Assembly: GCA_964641775.1 (NCBI GenBank)
Contig: CAZXLK010000002.1
Coordinates: 1-54,379 of the forward strand
Origin: an uncultured bacterium
GTDB lineage: Bacteria > Chlamydiota > Chlamydiia > Chlamydiales > SM23-39
DNA: 54,379 bases
Direction: 5' to 3'
Shown here piece by piece: positions 8,376 to 16,625 of this stretch. A program made the position numbers and the translations under genes. The notes beneath the pieces are model-generated. The model was not told the origin of the DNA and did not search any database. It was given only the letters and a program-made list of their open reading frames with translations. Positions within the stretch are counted from its first letter, which is position 1. Every line of letters begins with the position of its first letter.

Positions 8376-9285
8376 GCTTTCCGGCTGCTACCGGGTGTCG
8401 GATAGCATTGAGCCTCACGTAAGCTGGCAATTGCAAGATCGACATTTACAGGGTTTGAAAACCGCATTTTCTCCTTATAGCGAAGAGGAAAAAAAGGCCG
8501 ATTGGACGAAAGAATGTACCATCGCAACAGGCTTTGCCGAGCAATTGGATTTATACCGGGCGATTTCAACCTATAAACGGGCTGAAATATTAATTCCTCA
8601 CTCAGAGTCAAGACGGCTCCTTGAAATCCAATACGACATCCTCTTTTGCTATTTTTTGGGCAAAAAATATGATGAGGCCATTGAGGTCTTTGAAAAATCG
8701 GAGCTTAGCTTTGTCGACAAGACTTTTCCCGCCTATCGGGATCTTCTATTAGTGCTTTATGAATGTTATAGGGAAATGGACAATTCGGAAAAACAAGAAA
8801 AGATCTATGAGCTCATGGCAAAATCATTTCCCGATACCGCAGAAGTGCTGCAGCTATCCAGAGCCATTCGAGAAGGAGAGCTTGCCTCAGTAGATCTCTT
8901 CGCGGAAGGATTTAATGGCCCTTCTTATTTGAGCAATCTTTTAGATACCTATGCAATGGGAAAAAAGTCCGTCTCTTTTGCCCAAACGCTCAATGCTATT
9001 TTGCCCGGAGCAGGCTACTTGTATATCGGCCAAACCAAATCGGCCTTTACCGCATTTTTTCTCAATAGCTTATTTATAGCGGCAGCTTATGAGTTTTTCC
9101 GTCATGGTCATACTGCCGGAGGAATCATTACTTTAGGATTTGAAGCGGGCTGGTATTTTGGAGGAATTTATGGGGCAGGTGAAGAGGCAAAATACTATAA
9201 TGAAAGACTTTATGAAAGAACTGCAAGCGCATCACTCAATGACCAGAAACTCTTTCCCGTTTTGATGTTGGAGCACACGTTTTGA
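8251..9285 (+). CDS. Putative lipoprotein with TPR-like helical repeats and a C-terminal membrane-embedded region
   Basis: The ORF track starts at 8086 inside the sctC 3' end. I prefer the ATG at 8251, which gives MKRR...LSFLSLGVLGVLGGLFLLSGC with lipobox LSGC. The middle is TPR-like (YRAISTYKRAEILI, FLGKKYDEAIEVFEKS). The C-terminus is Gly/aromatic-rich and hydrophobic (LPGAGYLYIGQ...GFEAGWYFGGIYGAG). The start remains uncertain. Confidence 0.5.
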   Translation: MKRRFNHREHREHRDLFCRAKKKNYLSFLSLGVLGVLGGLFLLSGCYRVSDSIEPHVSWQLQDRHLQGLKTAFSPYSEEEKKADWTKECTIATGFAEQLDLYRAISTYKRAEILIPHSESRRLLEIQYDILFCYFLGKKYDEAIEVFEKSELSFVDKTFPAYRDLLLVLYECYREMDNSEKQEKIYELMAKSFPDTAEVLQLSRAIREGELASVDLFAEGFNGPSYLSNLLDTYAMGKKSVSFAQTLNAILPGAGYLYIGQTKSAFTAFFLNSLFIAAAYEFFRHGHTAGGIITLGFEAGWYFGGIYGAGEEAKYYNERLYERTASASLNDQKLFPVLMLEHTF

Positions 9286-9656
9286 TTTTATTACTCTCAA
9301 CTCTCTTTGGATTTGTAGGATATTTTGAGCCTTGGGGAGAGGATGCAGATCTCAAATTTTCAAGAAAAGAAATTCAAGTTCCTCCTCAACCCTCCATTGC
9401 TGCAAAGATTGCAGATGGGGTCATCCGTTTTCATCAAGAAGTGATTTCCCCTGCTGATGGCCCAAGAAGCCATTTCCGCCCCACCTCTTCTCGTTATATG
9501 CAGCTTGCCATGCAGCGCTATGGCTTCCTTAAAGGCTTCATTATGGGATGCGATCGCCTCCTTCGGGAAAATAATGAAGAATGGGTCTATCAAACGATTA
9601 TGATCGATGGCCAAATCTATAAATTCGACCCGGCAAAGCCCAATAAAACGTTTTAA
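9282..9656 (+). CDS. YidD-like (DUF37 family) protein lacking the conserved cysteines
   Basis: 124 aa, TTG start overlapping the upstream stop (TTGA). VIRFHQEVISPADGPRSHFRPTSSRYMQLAMQRYGFLKGFIMGCDRLLREN aligns with the YidD core LIRxYQxxISPxxGxxCRFxPTCSxYxxxAxxxxGxxKGxxLxxxRxxRCHP. Confidence 0.5.
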   Translation: MILLLSTLFGFVGYFEPWGEDADLKFSRKEIQVPPQPSIAAKIADGVIRFHQEVISPADGPRSHFRPTSSRYMQLAMQRYGFLKGFIMGCDRLLRENNEEWVYQTIMIDGQIYKFDPAKPNKTF

Positions 9657-9663
9657 TCCAATT

Positions 9664-9743
9664 CCCGTGAACGCTTGCGCTTGCGTTACCGTGCCCGTGA
9701 CCGTGACCGATCCCGATACCGTGCCCGATACCGATACCGTTCC
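9664..9743. repeat. Hexamer-phased (CCGNNN)n tract between convergent gene ends
   Basis: CCGTGA ACGCTT GCGCTT GCGTTA CCGTGC CCGTGA CCGTGA CCGATC CCGATA CCGTGC CCGATA CCGATA CCGTTC. It shares GAACG(C/T)TTGCGCTTGCGTTACCG with the elements at 11206 and 43725. Confidence 0.85.
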
Positions 9744-9751
9744 TTAATCAC

Positions 9752-11119
9752 CTAAGACCTCCCATAATCATCCTTCATCCGAACAATATCATCTTCTCCA
9801 AGGTATTCCCCTACTTGAGTTTCGATGAGTTCGAGGGGAATTTTACCGGGATTTGAGACTCGGTGAAGGGCGCCTTTGGGGACATAAATGCTCTCATTTT
9901 CATGGACAAAGGTCTCCTCTTTGCCGATCGTCACTTTGGCAGTGCCTTTGACAATGACCCAATGCTCACTTCGATGAAAGTGCTTTTGCAGGCTCAGAGT
10001 ATGACCCGGCTTTACAGAGATCTTTTTGATTTTGTAGCGATGGTCCAAATCTAAAACGGTATAGGATCCCCAGGGGCGATTCGTTGTAAGATGCTCTTTG
10101 ATTTCGGATCGATTTTCCTCTTTTAGCTTCAGGACAATGTCTTTGACTTTTTGCGACTCATTTTTCTTTGCGATGAAGACAACATCGGGAGTTTCAACAA
10201 TGAGCATATCATCGAGTCCAATCGTAGCGATCAGCCTCTTGCCTCCCAAAATCAAAGAGTTTTTTGTACCTATCCGAATCGTCTCACCAAGCGCTGCATT
10301 GCCATCGCTATCTTTAGGAAGAACATCATAGACGCTATCCCAAGAGCCAACATCGGACCAAAAAAGATCAACGCCCAACACCACCGTTTTTTTCGACTTT
10401 TCCATTATGGCATAATCGATGGAAATATTAGTTAATTTCTCAAAGGGAAGGCTCCCTTCTACAAATTTCTCAAGTTCGGGAAAGTACCTACAAAATGCAT
10501 CAAGCATCGTTTGGATAGAAAAGGCAAACATTCCCGAATTCCAATAGAAATTCCCCTTTGCAATGTATTCTTTTGCCGTTTCCAAATCGGGTTTTTCAAC
10601 AAATTGGAGGGCTTTAAATCCCCCATCAATCGGCTCGCCAGCTTCAATATAGCCATACCCCGTTTCCGGCTGTTTGGGAAGGATCCCAAACGTGACGATC
10701 CAATCCTTTTCTGCTAAATGTAAAGCGCGCTTTACATATTTTCCAAAAAGAGTTTGCGGCTCTAGAATTTGATCGGAAGGAGATACAAATATAGGTTCAT
10801 CCAAAGAAATTCCCCTATCAATTAGAGCCTTTATCCCAAAAGCAATGGCAGGCGCAGTATTTTTTTGAGAAGGCTCAAACAAAATATTTTTCTCCAAATC
10901 AAGTTGCATCTCCTCCAGCTGCTCTTTCAGAATAAAAAAGTATTGCGAATTGGTTAAAAAAAAGATGTCCTCACAAGAGAAATATTCCAGGAGCCGAAAA
11001 ACCGCTTTTTGCAAAAGCGATTCATCGGATCCAATCTTTAAAAACTGTTTAGGATACTCTATTCTAGATACCGGCCAAAGTCGCGTTCCACTTCCGCCGG
11101 CTAATATAAGGGCTTTCAC
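9752..11119 (-). CDS. manC: Bifunctional mannose-1-phosphate guanylyltransferase / mannose-6-phosphate isomerase (type II PMI-GMP)
   Basis: 455 aa, GTG start. N-terminal NTP-transferase motif is LILAGGSGTRLWPVSR..YPKQFL. C-terminal cupin motifs are RPWGSYTVL and QKHFHRSEHWVIVKGTA. Confidence 0.9.
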   Translation of the reverse strand: MKALILAGGSGTRLWPVSRIEYPKQFLKIGSDESLLQKAVFRLLEYFSCEDIFFLTNSQYFFILKEQLEEMQLDLEKNILFEPSQKNTAPAIAFGIKALIDRGISLDEPIFVSPSDQILEPQTLFGKYVKRALHLAEKDWIVTFGILPKQPETGYGYIEAGEPIDGGFKALQFVEKPDLETAKEYIAKGNFYWNSGMFAFSIQTMLDAFCRYFPELEKFVEGSLPFEKLTNISIDYAIMEKSKKTVVLGVDLFWSDVGSWDSVYDVLPKDSDGNAALGETIRIGTKNSLILGGKRLIATIGLDDMLIVETPDVVFIAKKNESQKVKDIVLKLKEENRSEIKEHLTTNRPWGSYTVLDLDHRYKIKKISVKPGHTLSLQKHFHRSEHWVIVKGTAKVTIGKEETFVHENESIYVPKGALHRVSNPGKIPLELIETQVGEYLGEDDIVRMKDDYGRS

Positions 11120-11205
11120 AATTCATTATATTCCTTCGCTCCTTATTAATTACATAATAATGCATGAAGAAAATATTCCTGTCACTATATATCACTTTTT
11201 AATTA

Positions 11206-11287
11206 CCGTGAACGTTTGCGCTTCCACCCCAAAGACGATGCGTCTTCGGGGACCCCGGTGCGTTACCGTTACCGAAAAAACGGAACG
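11206..11287. repeat. Hexamer-family element interrupted by the 33-nt hairpin module (core 11224-11256)
   Basis: CCGTGAACGTTTGCGCTT [CCACCCCAAAGACGATGCGTCTTCGGGGACCCC] GGTGCGTTACCGTTACCGAAAAAACGGAACG. The flanks are contiguous in the copy at 43725. Confidence 0.85.
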
Positions 11288-11302
11288 TTTGATTACACAA
11301 AT

Positions 11303-12091
11303 CTATTCATTTTCCCAATTTACTTTGAAGGATGTTCCATCTTTTTGTAATTCTGTAGGTACCGCTTTGACATAGGATGGGTTATCTTCCATCACCATTT
11401 CATCATTTTGCCAGCCATCATTGTTAATCGTACCATGTATTTTATTGATGACTGCGCTGCAATAATTAAAAGTAACAGTATTAAAATCGGCTAAAGGAAG
11501 TGTGCTTGAAGAAAAAGGGGCTTCGAGAATCCATTCCGCAGAGCTTCTTAAAGCGGCAGTATTCACTGTGTAAAATGAGGGAACAGTATAGGACACATCT
11601 TGGGTCCAATTAGTGATCACTAACTTAAATACTCCATGTCCTTGATAGCCCACTCTTACGCTGATCGCATCGCCAACATTTACGGGAAAACCCCCAATCA
11701 TAAAAGCGCCGCTTGGATACATTTCAAACCAGGCATAATTTTGCTGCGCTCCATTGATCCAATTATGCGATGTTCCTATTTGTTCAACCGTTCCATTAGT
11801 AAATCCATCAATCCCTACCCAAATTGCAGAATAAGTATCGTCTTTTGTGGAAAGAAGAGTGGGAACAATCCAATAACCTGCAGCATAATCCACCGAACCG
11901 TTCACAGGATTCGTTAGATTTTCAGCTGCTACGTATCCACTCCAATTGTTACTATTAACCAAACCGCTATGAGTTGTATAGACTTCTTGTCCATGAATCA
12001 TTGCTCTATGAATCGATACGATATCGCATTCGATCTCCTGCATTGCATAAACACCAACAGTTGCTAAAAGACTTAAAACGATTGTTCTCAT
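11303..12091 (-). CDS. Secreted peptidase family G1 (eqolisin / scytalidoglutamic-type glutamic peptidase) homologue
   Basis: The track start at 12103 is TTG. The ATG at 12091 is preceded by GGAGG and gives the signal peptide MRTIVLSLLATVGVYA. Family motifs are NNWSGYV, SAIWVGIDG, VEQIG (catalytic Gln position), NYAWFEMYP (catalytic Glu position), AEWILEAP and LADFNTVTF. Confidence 0.7.
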   Translation of the reverse strand: MRTIVLSLLATVGVYAMQEIECDIVSIHRAMIHGQEVYTTHSGLVNSNNWSGYVAAENLTNPVNGSVDYAAGYWIVPTLLSTKDDTYSAIWVGIDGFTNGTVEQIGTSHNWINGAQQNYAWFEMYPSGAFMIGGFPVNVGDAISVRVGYQGHGVFKLVITNWTQDVSYTVPSFYTVNTAALRSSAEWILEAPFSSSTLPLADFNTVTFNYCSAVINKIHGTINNDGWQNDEMVMEDNPSYVKAVPTELQKDGTSFKVNWENE

Positions 12092-12157
12092 AAAACCTCC
12101 CAATAAACCATTTACACAATATTAATCATTTCTTGAAAAATAGCAAATGGTTTTCCT

Positions 12158-13006
12158 CTACTCTTGAGCTTCCCGAATTTTTAAGAGCATCTTTGCGTGA
12201 AGATGTTTATTGGAAGCGACGACATCGATCATATCGAGAGTTAAAAGATTCAAAGGCTCTCCTTTCCAATCGGTCAAAACTCCACCCGCATTGCGAATCA
12301 TAAGGCTAGCTGCAGCGACATCCCAAGTCCTAAGTCCTGCATGAAATTTGCCGTCAAAGATCCCCGCTGCCACATAAGCGAGATGAAGAACAGCTGTTCC
12401 CAGATTATCGACTTGAGCTCCTGTTTGGATCATTGCATTTTCCACTTCCATGCAATTGAGCGGATTTTCCATCACAGCATAAGGATAGCCTGAGGCAAGA
12501 AGAGCTTTTCCTAATTGATTCGTTAATGAAACCGTAACTAACTCGCCATTGAGATACGTTTCTGTTAAATCTGCAACAAAAAGCTGTTGCAAACAAGGAG
12601 CATAGATCACGCCGCAAACTGGATATCCGTGAAGCAAAAGAGCAATACTAATGCTATAAATAGGAAGTCCTTTGGAATAGTTCTTGCTTCCATCCAATGG
12701 ATCAACGACCCAAATATAATCATTCTCAGGCACACCTTCTGATTTTGTCTCTTCGGCTAAAATTCCATGATTTGGGAACTCATAGCGAAGGATTCGGATG
12801 ATCTCTTTCTCTGCCTTGATATCAGATTCGGTTACTACATTTGCCGCTCCTTTTTTCTCCACGATTTCTTGAGCAGCACCCCTTTTTGCTTCCAATATTT
12901 CTCCTGCAAATACAGCTGCTCGAATCGCGACTTTTGTATAGGTGGCAAACTTTTTCGTACAAGACGGCAAAGCAGGAGTTGTAAAACACACTGTTGCTAC
13001 TGACAT
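12158..13006 (-). CDS. suhB: Inositol monophosphatase family protein
   Basis: 282 aa. IMPase motifs are WVVDPLDGSKNY and WDVAAASLMIRNAGG. Confidence 0.85.
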   Translation of the reverse strand: MSVATVCFTTPALPSCTKKFATYTKVAIRAAVFAGEILEAKRGAAQEIVEKKGAANVVTESDIKAEKEIIRILRYEFPNHGILAEETKSEGVPENDYIWVVDPLDGSKNYSKGLPIYSISIALLLHGYPVCGVIYAPCLQQLFVADLTETYLNGELVTVSLTNQLGKALLASGYPYAVMENPLNCMEVENAMIQTGAQVDNLGTAVLHLAYVAAGIFDGKFHAGLRTWDVAAASLMIRNAGGVLTDWKGEPLNLLTLDMIDVVASNKHLHAKMLLKIREAQE

Positions 13007-13077
13007 AAAAAATCCCCTTGATAAAAATTTATAAAAAATTTATAAAGCATTGACTAATTTAACAAAAAGATTTTTTT

Positions 13078-13992
13078 ATGGCAGCAGCATCCAATGTCAC
13101 TTCAACTAGAGAGAGATCTACTCCAGAAGAACCGGAATCAAAAATTGTCCCTTTACATGTTGCCCTATCAGCAATAGAAGAAGTCGGATCATTATATGAA
13201 AGACAAAAAGCTGAACTTTTAGATTTCTATCAAAGACATCCTACCTTAGTAGGAGGAGATTATATAAAAGGAGAAATCGAGATTGTAACTGATCCTGATG
13301 CGATTTCAAAAGTAGAAAACTTCGTAGAGCAAATACTTTTAGACAAAGGAAGATCTCCAGCAGCTGCCAGAGAACGGTCCCGAGCTGGAGTTATCTCGAA
13401 AGATGAGTATTTCATTCTCATTAGAGATGCTGTCTATTTCTCCAATGGGATGCCCGGTATATATAATCGGCTATTCGAAAGGTCTTCCTTAGAAAAAGCC
13501 GGCCAAGGAGCTATCGCTTTACCGATCACCGAAGAGGGAAAGATTTTATTCAATTTAACCTATCGACATGCAACCAGAAATTGGGGCATGGAAGTTGCCC
13601 GAGGGTTTTCAGATAAGGCAGATGGATCTTTAAGCAACACCTGCACAAGGGAACTTGCTGAAGAAACAGGGATGCAATCTCAAGCTCCCATTTCTCTTGG
13701 TACAGTTTGCGCCAATACCGGAATCTCCGGCACATTGCCTGAGGTATTTCTATGTCCGCTTACAGGATCCGGCAAACCAAATCGAGGAAATGAAGCAATC
13801 AAAAAATGCATCCCCTTCTCTCTACAGGAAGTCTCCAATGCAATTGTTAACGGCTATTTTGAGTACGATGGAAAGAGGATTCCCTTCATCGATGGATTTT
13901 CCATGAATGCGATTGTAAAAGCCCATACTGCAGGCTACATCAATTTGCCTACCGGCATCCGAAACGACTCGCCAGATGCATCCGTTGCATAA
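13078..13992 (+). CDS. Nudix-family hydrolase with an N-terminal extension of about 130 aa
   Basis: 304 aa. The Nudix box core RELAEETGM is preceded by GMEVARGFSDKADGSLSNTCT. The upstream part of the box is somewhat divergent. Confidence 0.55.
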   Translation: MAAASNVTSTRERSTPEEPESKIVPLHVALSAIEEVGSLYERQKAELLDFYQRHPTLVGGDYIKGEIEIVTDPDAISKVENFVEQILLDKGRSPAAARERSRAGVISKDEYFILIRDAVYFSNGMPGIYNRLFERSSLEKAGQGAIALPITEEGKILFNLTYRHATRNWGMEVARGFSDKADGSLSNTCTRELAEETGMQSQAPISLGTVCANTGISGTLPEVFLCPLTGSGKPNRGNEAIKKCIPFSLQEVSNAIVNGYFEYDGKRIPFIDGFSMNAIVKAHTAGYINLPTGIRNDSPDASVA

Positions 13993-13999
13993 AAATACA

Positions 14000-15289
14000 T
14001 CACGTGCGGTTTATTTCCAGGTTTGGATAGCGCTCTTTGAGAGAAGTGATATATTCATCTGTAATATTATCAAGCTTGGACATCTCAAGTGTGGTCAACT
14101 TCGGGCACTTTTCTAATATTATGTCCAATATTTCTGGTGTGACCCACTCATTATAGTAAAATGCCAAGTTCGTTAGCTTAGGAAATCCCTTGGAAATAAA
14201 ATCTGATGTTAAATCGAGAAAGCTATACTTCGATTGGTAAAAAGCCAAGTGAGTCAGCCTAGGACAATCTTCTGACAAAATTTTGAATGTAGCTGGTGTG
14301 AAAATGTGTTTTCCAATCACTGCACTGACCAGACGTTCTTTGGGGACTGTAGGTTCAGATTCGATCCAATTACCATCGAAAATAATGTCTGCTGAATAGT
14401 TGGAAAAACCTTCTTGTTTTATAAAATCAACAAATTTTAAAAAATCACTGAAGGATCTATAATCACCGCCGGGTCTATCGCTATGGTAAACTGCAGGAAT
14501 GATTTTAAAGCCGTTCAAAAATTCTTTCACATTCATACGTCTTTCTTCTATATCATAATTTTTTGGATCAGGATAATCTTCCATATAGAAGTATACTGTG
14601 TTCCAAACTATCTCTTGCATTTTTTTTATATTCAGTGTGACTGCAGGAACTTGAGCCTCAGGAAGGTTAAGAAAATTTTTCCATATTTCTAGTAATTTAG
14701 AGTCTTTAAGATCTAGAAAAGTTCCCTTTACAGTATTTAAAACCGCTGCGATCCTATCCAGCACTTCGATCTCGACTTTACCACCAAGATAATCTTGAGC
14801 AATTAAAAAATTGTTGATTTTTCTATAATAATCGGACTCATTAGAGAAAATCTCATTCAGATTATCCATTGAGTTAGGGTTTTCAAAGAATTCTAATAGT
14901 TCAAGTGCATCTTTAACAACTTGTACAGGAATTTTTACATTGATCTTTGTTGCTTCTTTATCATTTTCCAAAACCGTTCTGATTAAACCGAATCTATTTG
15001 ACATGTTTCTTGGGATCTCTACATCACCATCCTTGCAGTGCAGAAACAATGGTTCTTCATTTATTTTTTCATCTAAACCTTGAATGGAGTAGATCTTACT
15101 ACCATTGACCAAGTCAAGCACTTTAGATTTTTCATCTTTATTTAAATCAGAATTGTTTAAAATCTGATTACTAATATTTGCAATCCGTTCATCCGCAGAG
15201 GGATCGCTCCAATCATCTTCAGGGATTTTTTCTTCTATTTCATGGAATACTTTCATCACTCTTTGTTCGCTAGGAACGGGAGCTGCCAT
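14000..15289 (-). CDS. Eukaryote-like POZ (Skp1/BTB-type) plus FBXL-type LRR protein, paralogue 1
   Basis: 429 aa with N-terminus MAAPVPSEQRVMKVFHEIEE. The POZ-like segment is PLFLHCKDGDVEIPRNMSNRFGLIRTVLENDKEATKINV...VKDALELLE...LIAQDYLGG. C-terminal Cys-containing LRRs read CPRLTHLAF...FPKLTNLAF...CPKLTTLEMSKLDNITDEY. Confidence 0.75.
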   Translation of the reverse strand: MAAPVPSEQRVMKVFHEIEEKIPEDDWSDPSADERIANISNQILNNSDLNKDEKSKVLDLVNGSKIYSIQGLDEKINEEPLFLHCKDGDVEIPRNMSNRFGLIRTVLENDKEATKINVKIPVQVVKDALELLEFFENPNSMDNLNEIFSNESDYYRKINNFLIAQDYLGGKVEIEVLDRIAAVLNTVKGTFLDLKDSKLLEIWKNFLNLPEAQVPAVTLNIKKMQEIVWNTVYFYMEDYPDPKNYDIEERRMNVKEFLNGFKIIPAVYHSDRPGGDYRSFSDFLKFVDFIKQEGFSNYSADIIFDGNWIESEPTVPKERLVSAVIGKHIFTPATFKILSEDCPRLTHLAFYQSKYSFLDLTSDFISKGFPKLTNLAFYYNEWVTPEILDIILEKCPKLTTLEMSKLDNITDEYITSLKERYPNLEINRT

Positions 15290-15339
15290 ACAAAATTCCT
15301 CAAATTGACATCTAATCTTTAGGTACTAAAAAAGTTGTA

Positions 15340-16569
15340 TTACTGCGAGTAATAAATTTTCATTTCCGGATAGCGCTTTCTGAGAGAAGCAACATATTCT
15401 TCTGTAATATTATCACAGTCGGATATCCGGATTTCGGTCAACTTCGGGCACTTTTCTAATATAATGTCCAATATTTCTGGTGTGACCCAATCAATAGATA
15501 CAAAACTCAAGTTCCTTAGATTAGGAAATTCCTTGATGGAAATAACATCTGATTTTAAATCGGGAGAGAGAAACTCCGATCGGTAAAAAAAAGCCAATTG
15601 ACTCAGCCTAGGACAATCTTCTGACAAAATTTTGAATGTAGCTGCTGTGAATTCGTGTTTGATCACCGCTTTGACTAGATGTGCTCTCGGGACTGTAGGT
15701 TCAGATTCGATCCAATTCTTATTGAAATCAATGTCTGCTGAATAGTTGGAAAAACCTTCTCGTTTTATAAAATCAACAGATTTTAAAAAATCACTGAAGG
15801 AGGCGCCATAGTAATGGTAAACTGCAGGAATGATTTCAAAGCCCTTCAAAAATTCTTTCAAATCAGGATTATTTTCACTCATGTACAAGCTTACCGTGAC
15901 CCAAACTAACACTTGCATTTTTTTAATAAAATGATCTTTTGTAGGAACTTTAGCCTCAGGAATGTTAAGAAAATTATTCCATATTTCAATTAATTTAGAG
16001 TCTTTAAGATCTATACTAGTTTTCCCATCAGTTAAAAAATCTGCGATAATTGATAGCGTGACCCTCTCACCATTAAGATAATGATGAACTACTAAATAAT
16101 TGTTGATTTTTCTATTAATATCGGAGTCATTAGAGAAAATCCCCTTCCCTTCATCGACAAATTTTTCACAGCTCTCTAATATTTCAAGTGCATCTTTAAC
16201 AACTTGTACATCAAGATCTACATTGATCTCTGTTGCTTCTTTATCATTTTCCAAAACCGTTCTGATTAAACCGAATCTATTTGACATGTTTCTTGAGATC
16301 TCTACATCACCACCTTTGCAATGCAGAATCAATGGCTTTTCATTTATTTTTTCATCTAAACCCTGCATGGGGTGGATTTTACGATCATCTATCAAGCCAC
16401 GCACTTCAGATTTTTCATAATCATCTAAACTAGACTTGTTTAAAACCTGATTACTGATTTCTTCAATCCGTTCATTCAAAGCGGAATTGCCCCAATCATC
16501 TTCATTGATTCTTTCTTCTATTTCATGGAATACTTTTTGCACTCTATCGCTAGGGAGGGGAGCTGCCAT
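15340..16569 (-). CDS. Eukaryote-like POZ (Skp1/BTB-type) plus FBXL-type LRR protein, paralogue 2
   Basis: 409 aa, same architecture as 14000..15289 (MAAPLPSDRVQKVFHEIEE; PLILHCKGGDVEISRNMSNRFGLIRTVLENDKEATEINV; CPRLSQLAF...CPKLTEIRISDCDNITEEY). The duplicated leader includes a GAGGA Shine-Dalgarno. Confidence 0.75.
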   Translation of the reverse strand: MAAPLPSDRVQKVFHEIEERINEDDWGNSALNERIEEISNQVLNKSSLDDYEKSEVRGLIDDRKIHPMQGLDEKINEKPLILHCKGGDVEISRNMSNRFGLIRTVLENDKEATEINVDLDVQVVKDALEILESCEKFVDEGKGIFSNDSDINRKINNYLVVHHYLNGERVTLSIIADFLTDGKTSIDLKDSKLIEIWNNFLNIPEAKVPTKDHFIKKMQVLVWVTVSLYMSENNPDLKEFLKGFEIIPAVYHYYGASFSDFLKSVDFIKREGFSNYSADIDFNKNWIESEPTVPRAHLVKAVIKHEFTAATFKILSEDCPRLSQLAFFYRSEFLSPDLKSDVISIKEFPNLRNLSFVSIDWVTPEILDIILEKCPKLTEIRISDCDNITEEYVASLRKRYPEMKIYYSQ

Positions 16570-16625
16570 ACAAAATTCCTCAAATTGACATCTAATCTTT
16601 AGGTACTAAATAAGTTTTATTACTG

